A stretch of 28,636 bases of DNA. Source: a virus (lineage: Duplodnaviria > Caudoviricetes). Under the pieces are notes generated by a model. That model was given only the letters and a program-made list of their open reading frames with translations. It searched no databases and had not been told where the DNA came from. Numbering within the stretch: position 1 is the stretch's first letter; every line of letters starts with the position of its first letter. Shown here piece after piece: positions 1 to 6,803 of the stretch. The stretch spans positions 1 through 28,636 of the IMG/VR virus record IMGVR_UViG_3300044247_000011. One strand, 5' to 3'. The translations under genes were made by a program, and so were the position numbers.

Positions 1-7
1 ACGAAAT

Positions 8-119
8 TCGGGATAAAATGGGGATAACTGCGGATAATCACGGATAACTGGGGATAACTGTGGGTAATTGTGGATAACTGTGGATTCTCGGCACAAATGC
101 TGATTCGCGCTGTGGATAA
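8..119. repeat. Tandem array of DnaA-box-like 9-mers (TGTGGATAA = reverse complement of TTATCCACA), mostly 10-bp period
   Basis: TCGGGATAA 8-16, TGGGGATAA 19-27, TGCGGATAA 29-37, CACGGATAA 39-47, TGGGGATAA 49-57, TGTGGGTAA 59-67, TGTGGATAA 69-77 (perfect), TGTGGATTC 79-87, plus a separate perfect TGTGGATAA at 111-119. All have the same orientation. The repeat itself is certain; DnaA binding is inferred. Confidence 0.8.
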
Positions 120-128
120 CTTTGGCCA

Positions 129-158
129 TTGACAGGCTCGGTGTCTGCCGGATACGGT
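129..158 (+). promoter_or_regulatory. Possible sigma70-type promoter
   Basis: Perfect TTGACA at 129-134, 9 bp after the last DnaA-like box. Weak -10 candidate TACGGT at 153-158 (18-bp spacer). Confidence 0.3.
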
Positions 159-306
159 CGGCCAGAGTGATCCTGGTTGAGATCAACGCCGCACATTGTC
201 GCACCGCGTGCAGCACGTTGTCACAGCGATGCCCGACATTGACCGACACGGCAAACTCGGTTTGTAGGAGTCCCTGAATGCGTTCCCGGTTCGGATTAAC
301 TGCGTT

Positions 307-351
307 CACGCCCACTTGCAAACCTGTTTGCACGCCCACTTGTTTGCACGC
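307..351. promoter_or_regulatory. Operator-like cluster of direct and inverted repeats upstream of gapR/parB
   Basis: CACGCCCACTTG at 307-318 and 331-342; TGTTTGCACGC at 325-335 and 341-351; palindrome TGCAAAC-CT-GTTTGCA at 317-332. A second TTGACA lies at 374-379. Confidence 0.5.
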
Positions 352-431
352 GAAAATAAGTATGAATTTACCCTTGACAGCCCGTATGCGACCGTACTCC
401 TATGTTCGTCGTATCGTTGGAGTACGACAAC

Positions 432-689
432 ATGGTGGAACGGTTAGTTGGCTCACTCGACAACATACGTGAATCGCTACGCGCGATAATAGAACAAATC
501 GAACGCCTGGAGGCGGATAAAGCCGAGATCGCAGCCGACATAACTGAAGTCAAGAAGAAAGCCAAGAGCAATGGCTTCGATATCAAGGTAATCAACACCC
601 TAATACGCGAGCGCCGTAAGGACGCGGACGAGGTTGAGGAATTCAACATCGTTCTCGACACCTACCGCCGTGCGTTGGAGGCACTGTAG
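432..689 (+). CDS. gapR: GapR/DUF2312 (UPF0335) family nucleoid-associated DNA-binding protein
   Basis: LRAIIEQIERLEADKAEIAADITEVKKKAKSNGFDIKVINTLIRERRKD...LDTYRRAL matches the DUF2312 pattern. I chose the ATG at 432 because of GGAG at 419-422 (the ORF track starts at 402). Confidence 0.9.
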   Translation: MVERLVGSLDNIRESLRAIIEQIERLEADKAEIAADITEVKKKAKSNGFDIKVINTLIRERRKDADEVEEFNIVLDTYRRALEAL

Positions 690-721
690 GTGTCTCACCC
701 CAAGCCAATGGAGACGTAAGT

Positions 722-1639
722 ATGGATTCCGTTTTACCCGCAACCGATTACACCGCCGACTTTGAAGCCGGCAGCATCAAGGACGTGATGGCCGACATCG
801 GGGCCAAGCCAAACAATGGCATGCTTATGGTCCCGCTCGACAAGATATACGCGCCGCCTGGACTCAACGTCCGCGTCCCCAATCTCACCTATGAGGACCG
901 GATCGAGGAAATCGCCAACTCGATCATGGCAAACGGCTTCTACCTACATCAAGCCTTGCCGGCCCAAATCATCAAGCTCGATGGCGAGAGCGTCGTCTCA
1001 ATCACGGGAGGGTTCACCCGCCACAAGGCTGCCCTGCGCGCCCGCGACATGGGTTACCCGATTATCGCAGTGCCTGTGATCCTGCGTGCCGCTGGTGGCA
1101 ACGATCTCGACATCCAGTGTGCCCTGTTCGTGGACAACACGGGGACGCCCCTGATCCCATGGGAGAAGGGCGTCATCATCAAACGGTTAGTCGGTGGCGG
1201 CTACTCTAACAAAGAGATCTGCGAGCGGCTGAACATCACCGACACCTACGTCCGCAAACTGTTATTCCTGCACAGCTTGCCCATGGCGTTTCAAAAGCTG
1301 GCCATGGACGACGTGATCAAGGCCAACCGCATCATCAACACGGTGAAACGTGTTGGGGTGGACAAGGCTTACGAGGTGTTGACGGCGGAGCGTCCCAAGC
1401 GCAGCGGCGTCACCACTCGCACCCAGACGGCAGCGATCGATCTCGCGCTCAACCTGCCCAGCGCTAACGCCTGCGTCGAGTTCCTGACCCGTTGGCGCGG
1501 TGGTGACACCGAAGCGGTGGAGGAAGTGAACGCCACCCTGCGTAAGCCACGCAAGCCCCGTGCCCCGGCCGCTCCTCGCGCCCGCAAGCCACGCCGCAGC
1601 AAGAAGGCTGACAACACGGCAACCGAGTTTGACCTGTAA
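722..1639 (+). CDS. ParB-like protein (ParB/Srx N-terminal domain, HTH, basic C-terminal tail)
   Basis: NVR...IEEIANSIMANGF, GxxRxxA-like GGFTRHKAA, DN...PL.PWEKG, HTH GYSNKEICERLNITDTYVRKLL, and a K/R/P-rich tail. RBS GGAG upstream. Confidence 0.8.
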   Translation: MDSVLPATDYTADFEAGSIKDVMADIGAKPNNGMLMVPLDKIYAPPGLNVRVPNLTYEDRIEEIANSIMANGFYLHQALPAQIIKLDGESVVSITGGFTRHKAALRARDMGYPIIAVPVILRAAGGNDLDIQCALFVDNTGTPLIPWEKGVIIKRLVGGGYSNKEICERLNITDTYVRKLLFLHSLPMAFQKLAMDDVIKANRIINTVKRVGVDKAYEVLTAERPKRSGVTTRTQTAAIDLALNLPSANACVEFLTRWRGGDTEAVEEVNATLRKPRKPRAPAAPRARKPRRSKKADNTATEFDL

Positions 1640-1653
1640 ACATGTTTGACATG

Positions 1654-1678
1654 CGGTGCGGCGTTGGTCGTCGCACCG
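1654..1678. other. Intergenic stem-loop between the parB-like gene and its mini-duplicate
   Basis: CGGTGCGGCG (1654-1663), TTGGT loop, CGTCGCACCG (1669-1678): a 10-bp stem with one G-U pair and no U-tract. Confidence 0.5.
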
Positions 1679-1709
1679 GATGGCTCTTGTCCTTGAGGAG
1701 TACAAGATT

Positions 1710-1877
1710 ATGAACGATCTCGACATCCAGTGCGCCCTGTTTGTTGACAACACGGGAACACCCCTCACCCCGTGGGAGAAGGGCGTCATCGTCAAGCGCT
1801 TACTCGACCTCGGCTACTCGGAAAAAGATATCTACGAACGGCTTGGCATCAAAAACTCGCCCAGCACACCAACTTGA
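1710..1877 (+). CDS. 55-aa mini-protein, a partial duplicate of the ParB-like protein's central segment
   Basis: GAGGAG at 1695-1700 and ATG at 1710. By my count, 37 of 46 aa are identical to the segment encoded by 1100-1237. Confidence 0.75.
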   Translation: MNDLDIQCALFVDNTGTPLTPWEKGVIVKRLLDLGYSEKDIYERLGIKNSPSTPT

Positions 1878-1889
1878 GGAGGGGGGCGG

Positions 1890-2108
1890 ATGACCTACGA
1901 GATTATGACTTACGGCAGCGAACGCAAGTTCGAGGAAGGGGATTCAGTTATCCGAGCCGTGCCCAGGCTAGACCGTGACGGCGGCATCACCGAAGTTGTC
2001 GTCACCCATATGAATGGGGAGCGCCAAGCCCTGGAACGTCTGATCGTTGACATCAGGGGCAGGTACAAGGGCGCGCTCTACTCGACCTGGGAGATCGGGA
2101 ACCAATAA
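1890..2108 (+). CDS. Hypothetical protein (72 aa)
   Basis: Strong GAGGAGG RBS and tight packing in the operon. Confidence 0.7.
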   Translation: MTYEIMTYGSERKFEEGDSVIRAVPRLDRDGGITEVVVTHMNGERQALERLIVDIRGRYKGALYSTWEIGNQ

Positions 2109-2111
2109 ACA

Positions 2112-2432
2112 ATGACATGGCAGCCCTCGGGTTACCGGATTTGGAAAGCGTGGACGGTGTACCACAAAGCGAACCCGGAAGTGTACGAGTGGTTTATTCG
2201 GCTGATCTTCCATAAGGTAAACAGAGGGTTCAAGCAGCATTCGGCAGATGCTATCATGCACGCCGTCAGGTTCGAGATAGAAGACGTGAACCCCGAGTCA
2301 AGCGATAAGTACAAGATCTGCAACGATTACGTCGCCTTCTACGCTCGCCTGTTTGCTGTAGACTACCCGGAGTATGCCGGCTTCTTCCGTTACCGTCAAA
2401 GCGTGGCCGATCAGTACATCGGCCCCTTATGA
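2112..2432 (+). CDS. Hypothetical phage protein (106 aa)
   Basis: Packed in the operon with a GGAG upstream. The YHKANPEVY...SADAIMHAVRF...NDYVAFYARLF pattern resembles a recurrent phage hypothetical family. Confidence 0.75.
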   Translation: MTWQPSGYRIWKAWTVYHKANPEVYEWFIRLIFHKVNRGFKQHSADAIMHAVRFEIEDVNPESSDKYKICNDYVAFYARLFAVDYPEYAGFFRYRQSVADQYIGPL

Positions 2433-2447
2433 TACGAGGTTGTTGTC

Positions 2448-2642
2448 ATGGAGAACCAAACCAACGGGCAACGCGCATGGCGTGTGAACCCGTGGCGTGA
2501 AGCCGTGGGCGGGATCAGCCGCAATTCCGTCTACCGGCTCATGCAGCGTGGCGAACTGAAGACGGCGAAGATTGGGGCTACCAGAGTGATCCTGACGCCA
2601 CCGCAAGAGTTCCTCGACCAACACCGCACTGAGAACCTGTAG
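2448..2642 (+). CDS. AlpA/excisionase-like HTH protein (probable recombination directionality factor)
   Basis: GISRNSVYRLMQRGELKTAKIGATRVI is a typical HTH_17/AlpA motif. GAGG RBS; lies near the integrase. Confidence 0.8.
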   Translation: MENQTNGQRAWRVNPWREAVGGISRNSVYRLMQRGELKTAKIGATRVILTPPQEFLDQHRTENL

Positions 2643-2729
2643 CCATGTATACCTCGGGGAAACCTCTTATAGTGGCTCACTCTGGTCGGTTTCTACGCCG
2701 CCTTATCGAGATCCCGGTAACGGGATAGG

Positions 2730-2771
2730 TCGTCGGCTGCGCCTCCCCCTGGCACCCGTGGCAGCCGGCGA
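2730..2771 (+). terminator. GC-rich hairpin, possible terminator or processing site
   Basis: TCGTCGGCTGC (2730-2740) pairs with GCAGCCGGCGA (2761-2771) and is followed by TCTTT. It is flanked by direct repeats ACCTCGGGGAAA at 2651-2662 and 2778-2789. Confidence 0.4.
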
Positions 2772-2799
2772 TCTTTAACCTCGGGGAAATGGACAACCA

Positions 2800-2979
2800 A
2801 TGGCCGAAGCCGATCTGCGACAGGAACTTGAACACGCTATAAACCGCCATAGCGCGGAGAACGGTTCAAACACGCCAGATTGGATATTAGCGGACTACTT
2901 GCTTGAGTGTCTGAAGACATTCGATCGGTGCGTTAACGCTCGCGAGAAGTGGCACGGGCGCAACAAGTCTGAAGGCTAA
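2800..2979 (+). CDS. Small conserved phage protein (59 aa, not in the ORF track)
   Basis: Manual translation: MAEADLRQELEHAINRHSAENGSNTPDWILADYLLECLKTFDRCVNAREKWHGRNKSEG. The INRHS.EN.SNTPD.ILA motif recurs in phage hypotheticals. Confidence 0.75.
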   Translation: MAEADLRQELEHAINRHSAENGSNTPDWILADYLLECLKTFDRCVNAREKWHGRNKSEG

Positions 2980-2985
2980 AGAACG

Positions 2986-3195
2986 ATGCAACAGCTAGAC
3001 TTCGCCTTCACCGTGGACCCGAATGGCACAATGGTTGCCCACCGTGCCGACTGTCCGACAGCCCGCCAACTGGCGGCAGAGGGCGCGCCAGTCATCACCA
3101 TGATCGGGTGCTTGCTCCCTCTACGGGATGAGATTAAACGCCATTCCTGCCTCACCGTATCGGCACCACGTTCCCCCGGTCGAACGTCTGCATAG
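2986..3195 (+). CDS. Hypothetical protein (69 aa) with an HxxxC...C...HSC possible metal site
   Basis: Directly follows the previous gene; its 3' end overlaps the convergent integrase. Confidence 0.55.
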   Translation: MQQLDFAFTVDPNGTMVAHRADCPTARQLAAEGAPVITMIGCLLPLRDEIKRHSCLTVSAPRSPGRTSA

Positions 3196-4318
3196 CGGCC
3201 CGTACCATATCATCCGTGTTACTGGTAATCGTCGCCGCGTAGTGCAGTTCAATTTGGGATACACTCGTATCGTGTAACTTCGCCACGAGTTGGACAGGTA
3301 TGTTCGCCAGCAGTTGATGCGTAATGTGAGTGTGGCGCAGGGCATACGAGGTTATCGTTCTTGAGTCCTCGCCAATCGTTTCCACAACCTGGGCGAACAT
3401 CCTTGTATGACGACCGTCTCGCCAATTAGTACCGGGCAGCAACGGCTCATCGTGACCTTTCCCCCCGGATGCCATAAGCAGCCTCTCCGATAGGGTGACA
3501 GGGATAGGAACCGGCACTCTGGTTGCCCGCTTCTTCTTTCCTTTGGCACTCGACGGGACCATCAAGCGGTCGCCGTCAACAAGATCGCGCACCTGACAAC
3601 GACTGATCTGCGAGATGCGCGCCCCTGTTATTGCCAGTGCCTCGACCACGAGGCCGAAGCTGCTATCGTAATCGTAGGCCGCGTATACCAACCGGATTAC
3701 CGTATCATCTGAGAGGATCACGTTATGCGCCATCGTGGCATCAGGAAATGCCGCCAGACCGATTTCCCATACACGCGAAGACAACCGTTCCTCCTTTGTC
3801 AAGGCGAGGTTCAAGGCTGCTCTCAGACAGGTCATCAAGCGATTGACACCCGATGGGGCCAATCGCTTCCTCATATCATTCCGCCAATTACGTAGTTCAT
3901 CGGCAGTCAGCAGCGCTACAGGGCGCTTCAGTAAGGTCGCCGGTAGGTTATGTCGCAACCGGCTTACATTGCCCCTAAGCCCCCCACGGGCTTCCAGGTC
4001 CGCTTCGTATGCGACGATCACATCATCTACGGTCCACACGGCTGCCGACGCGACATCCTCCTCACCTTTGCCCCATCGCAGTGCAGCTTCCCTCGCCTGG
4101 GCGAAGGTCATCACCTGCTTGCCATCCGCCTTCCGCTCATCGTCAGCCGAAGCAATCCGCCTGATCGCATTCCCACCCTTGCCATTGGCCAACCGCACGT
4201 TCCACGACCCAACCCCTTCCGTCCGCCGGTAGCCAAGCGAAACGCCGCCCGTCAGAGGCTGCCAATACGGCTTGCCGCGAACCGCGAGCCGCATCCTTGC
4301 CGTCTTCGTCTCGATCAT
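3152..4318 (-). CDS. int: Tyrosine recombinase/integrase with N-terminal arm-binding domain
   Basis: N-terminal RGKPYW...SLGYRR...GSWNVR; catalytic TGARISQI, K in AKGKK, YALRHT, and KLHDTS...ELHYA. GAGGG RBS. Confidence 0.93.
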   Translation of the reverse strand: MIETKTARMRLAVRGKPYWQPLTGGVSLGYRRTEGVGSWNVRLANGKGGNAIRRIASADDERKADGKQVMTFAQAREAALRWGKGEEDVASAAVWTVDDVIVAYEADLEARGGLRGNVSRLRHNLPATLLKRPVALLTADELRNWRNDMRKRLAPSGVNRLMTCLRAALNLALTKEERLSSRVWEIGLAAFPDATMAHNVILSDDTVIRLVYAAYDYDSSFGLVVEALAITGARISQISRCQVRDLVDGDRLMVPSSAKGKKKRATRVPVPIPVTLSERLLMASGGKGHDEPLLPGTNWRDGRHTRMFAQVVETIGEDSRTITSYALRHTHITHQLLANIPVQLVAKLHDTSVSQIELHYAATITSNTDDMVRAAMQTFDRGNVVPIR

Positions 4319-4330
4319 CTGAATCCCTCA

Positions 4331-4549
4331 ATGTCCCGGCCCATGTCCCGGAGAGCAGGAAACGGCAGGGTACAACCTGAAACAGGATATTGTCAATATC
4401 GTTAGTGTTATCAGCTAATTATGGTACAGATTGACCCAGCCTGACATCGCCTGACATATCATAAATACGCCTTATCCCGGCATCGTATACGGTCGTTTAT
4501 CACAATTATTACCGTAGGTTAATCTTCAATATCCCGGCCACTGTCCCGC
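4331..4549. other. Probable attP site (arm-type repeats, IHF site, Xis-type repeats)
   Basis: Paired direct repeats ATGTCCCGG at 4331/4343 and ATATCCCGG/CTGTCCCGC at 4529/4541, both with 12-bp period. IHF consensus WATCARNNNNTTR = TATCAGCTAATTA at 4409-4421. GCCTGACAT at 4439 and 4449. Non-coding, AT-richer, and adjacent to int. Confidence 0.75.
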
Positions 4550-4585
4550 CTAGCTTTTTAGACCATAAAATCGCATACTCTGTCG

Positions 4586-4798
4586 ATGTGGGTGATCTGG
4601 TCTGAAGAGCATCGCGCGTGGTGGGGAGCGGCCCGCTGGGGCTATGTACCCCAGTTGACCAAAGCAGGCCGGTATACCGAAGCCGTAGCTCGTGAGATTG
4701 TAGAACGTGCCAACATTGGGGGTAAGTTCAACGAGATCGCTATCCCCGACCCGCTGCTGCGAACCGACAAACAGGGTTTTGAACATGAAATGGGATGA
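4586..4798 (+). CDS. Hypothetical phage protein (70 aa)
   Basis: The IWSEEHRAWW...GY...AGRYTEA pattern is seen in small phage proteins. First gene after attP. Confidence 0.65.
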   Translation: MWVIWSEEHRAWWGAARWGYVPQLTKAGRYTEAVAREIVERANIGGKFNEIAIPDPLLRTDKQGFEHEMG

Positions 4799-4973
4799 AC
4801 AAGCGCAGAAGGACCAAATCATCGTGGAGTTGGTCGAACTGTTTATCGACCGCATCCGGCAAACCAAGTGTTATGATCCACAGGACTTGATTAAAGAATT
4901 AGAAAGCTTGGCCGAAAAGATAGTCGAGGACTCCTTGATACGGCTGCAAGAGATGTTAGAAGCCAATGGGTGA
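4785..4973 (+). CDS. Hypothetical helical protein (62 aa)
   Basis: ATG at 4785 overlaps the previous gene; MKWDEQAQKD... is acidic and helical. Confidence 0.55.
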   Translation: MKWDEQAQKDQIIVELVELFIDRIRQTKCYDPQDLIKELESLAEKIVEDSLIRLQEMLEANG

Positions 4974-5223
4974 CCATGTGGACGCGCCCCCTGAACTGAT
5001 GCCACTGGAGTCATGCGATTGCTGCGGCGTCCCCTCATCCTATCTCCGTGGATCTATGTGGCATGGGCGTCATCTGATTTGCTACGCCTGCTTCATCCTT
5101 TGGTACGAGTATGGGATAATCCAGCCGGAAAAACTTAAAGCAGAACGGTTGCGTAGATGCGGCGCGGTTGATGTCGGGCGCGATATACGCAAGGTAAATT
5201 TCTTGGAGGCGCTGGATGAATGA
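4966..5223 (+). CDS. Hypothetical protein with a CxxC...CxxC zinc-finger-like motif (85 aa)
   Basis: CDCC...CYAC motifs; overlaps both neighbours in operon style. Confidence 0.6.
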   Translation: MGDHVDAPPELMPLESCDCCGVPSSYLRGSMWHGRHLICYACFILWYEYGIIQPEKLKAERLRRCGAVDVGRDIRKVNFLEALDE

Positions 5224-5362
5224 GATTCAGTATGTGTGGGCCAGCCGCGCAGAGCTTGCAGCGTACAACTGGAAACGAAAAGGCCAGACAAGAAGGTTCA
5301 AAGTACGGCGGTTCCACCGTTACTGCTTCAGCCGTAGATTCTGGAGATACCACAATGAGTGA
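5216..5362 (+). CDS. Small basic hypothetical protein (48 aa, not in the ORF track)
   Basis: GGAGG at 5205-5209 and ATG at 5216: MNEIQYVWASRAELAAYNWKRKGQTRRFKVRRFHRYCFSRRFWRYHNE. The stop overlaps the next start (GTGA). Confidence 0.5.
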   Translation: MNEIQYVWASRAELAAYNWKRKGQTRRFKVRRFHRYCFSRRFWRYHNE

Positions 5363-6366
5363 AACAGGCGGCGAGAAATAACTTGTACCTGATGGATTCC
5401 ATCGCCCGGATCGCCGCTGACCCGGTCGTCTCCCCCGACGAACCACTTCTCTGGATCTTCCCCGACTTGTACCGCCGCATGGCCGGTGCGCCACGCTTCC
5501 TGTTGGACCTTGCCGCGACCCAGGCATCGGTCGAGTTGACCCTTGGCCGTCCGCGCATCCTCCTCGATGCCCTCGCCCATGTACGGGTGCCCTATCCGGT
5601 GATGTGGGTGGAGTGGGAGGAACGTGGCCGTGCTCGCCTACGGCGAGAGTTCGGGGAAGAGGGTATAACGCCCGATCGACCGTTACCCGATCGTATAGGG
5701 TTCCTACTGGAAACGGAGGAGGGTGGTCGGAGAGGCACGGCTACGTGGGCGTGGTCGTCTTCACGGGTTGAAGTGCCGCACGTTGCGCCGATCACAGCTT
5801 ACTTCGATCTTGATTCCCGTTTCATTGAAACCCGTTCCGATCGGTTGGCTGCGTTCCAGACTGGCGCGCTGATCGACCTGTGGAAAGAGAACCCCGTCCA
5901 ACTCGAAGCCTTATACGACATATGGGAAACGGTCCACCACAAACCTAGCGAGTGGGGCAAAGAGTTCTTCGCGATCATGGTGGAGGGTGGGCATGACATA
6001 CGGTATCTGCTCCACTCTAATTACGCTGACGTAGTGGGCGAGTACATCGACATCTGGGCGATCGTACTGCTGCTAACCGCCTCACGTCCTACGGTTACCT
6101 ACCGGCAGATCGATCGTACCAAGATCAACAAGGTACGCACCCGCAAACGGGAAGCACCTCTCCTCGACCACACAGAAGTTGTAATGCACCTTCACGGCAA
6201 CCGCGCCGTCAACGGGGCACCCCGGTCAACGTATGCGCGTAAGTCGCCACGCATCCATTACGTTTCAAGCTACTTAGCCCGCCGTGGCGACAAGCACTGG
6301 TTAGTCAGACCATATGTCAGGGGGAGTGGAAAATGGGTTACGCGTCACACCCACGTCAAGGGGTGA
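5359..6366 (+). CDS. Hypothetical phage protein (335 aa) with basic C-terminal SPRxH motif
   Basis: Long ORF containing VPYPVMWVEW and a C-terminal INKVRTRK...PL...RKSPRIHYV...VRPYVRG, resembling a widespread uncharacterised phage family. Confidence 0.8.
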   Translation: MKQAARNNLYLMDSIARIAADPVVSPDEPLLWIFPDLYRRMAGAPRFLLDLAATQASVELTLGRPRILLDALAHVRVPYPVMWVEWEERGRARLRREFGEEGITPDRPLPDRIGFLLETEEGGRRGTATWAWSSSRVEVPHVAPITAYFDLDSRFIETRSDRLAAFQTGALIDLWKENPVQLEALYDIWETVHHKPSEWGKEFFAIMVEGGHDIRYLLHSNYADVVGEYIDIWAIVLLLTASRPTVTYRQIDRTKINKVRTRKREAPLLDHTEVVMHLHGNRAVNGAPRSTYARKSPRIHYVSSYLARRGDKHWLVRPYVRGSGKWVTRHTHVKG

Positions 6367-6659
6367 GATTGTTCGACTTGGGCCAGATCGTTGCTACACC
6401 CGGCGTTCTGAGTGCGTTTTTGCTACAAAAGCCCCACCTGATCTCGTGTGTTAGGCGACACGCGGCGGGCGACTGGGGCAACCTCCACACACAAGACAAG
6501 GCAGTCAATGACGCCGCCGTGAAAGACGGCACTCGTATCATGTCGGCTTACCAGATCGACCCAAAGAAACCAAGCCTGGGATACGGTGATAACACGCTGT
6601 GGATCATCACTGAGGCAGATCGCAGCGTGACAACTTTGTTACTACCGGACGAATATTGA
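6363..6659 (+). CDS. Conserved plasmid/phage-associated hypothetical protein (RHxxGDWG...ITEADRS family)
   Basis: FDLGQIVATPG...RHAAGDWG...N..A...G.RIMSAY...LWIITEADRSVTTLLLPDEY. GTG at 6363 overlaps the previous stop. Confidence 0.85.
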   Translation: MRLFDLGQIVATPGVLSAFLLQKPHLISCVRRHAAGDWGNLHTQDKAVNDAAVKDGTRIMSAYQIDPKKPSLGYGDNTLWIITEADRSVTTLLLPDEY

Positions 6660-6803
6660 ATGCCAATCGACATAGCTATCGCGCTGATGATCGGGTGTTT
6701 TGGCTTCGGCTACGGTTTAGCGTGCCACTCTGCCCGCAAAGACCTTGAAAAGATCGAAGCAGCACTGGAAAACGTTTACCGCATACCGGGCAGGAAGATA
6801 TAG
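6660..6803 (+). CDS. Small membrane-anchored hypothetical protein (47 aa, not in the ORF track)
   Basis: MPIDIAIALMIGCFGFGYGLACHSARKDLEKIEAALENVYRIPGRKI. Starts right after the previous stop and converges on the late operon. Confidence 0.45.
   Translation: MPIDIAIALMIGCFGFGYGLACHSARKDLEKIEAALENVYRIPGRKI

Noticed and set aside
8-87. CRISPR array
   Set aside because: The units are 10 bp, have no unique spacers, and no cas genes are present.
341-356. Canonical parS (TGTTTCACGTGAAACA)
   Set aside because: TGTTTGCACGCGAAAA needs an insertion plus mismatches to fit. Kept only as part of a generic operator-like cluster.
278-472. 64-aa ORF upstream of gapR
   Set aside because: It runs through DNA repeats (TPTC repeated) and overlaps gapR out of frame. 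Probably spurious, although a GGAG precedes it.
1637-1696. Stop-codon read-through of parB adding TCLTCGAALVVAPDGSCP (CxxC)
   Set aside because: It would need TAA read-through with no supporting signal, and the segment is better explained by the hairpin and the next RBS.
1100-1850. Diversity-generating retroelement TR/VR pair
   Set aside because: Mismatches are mostly synonymous third-position changes of all base types rather than adenine-specific, and no reverse transcriptase is present in the window.
4352-4528. tRNA or tRNA-fragment att core
   Set aside because: No T-loop (GTTCRA) or CCA-type 3' end is recognisable, and I recognised no tRNA gene anywhere in the window.
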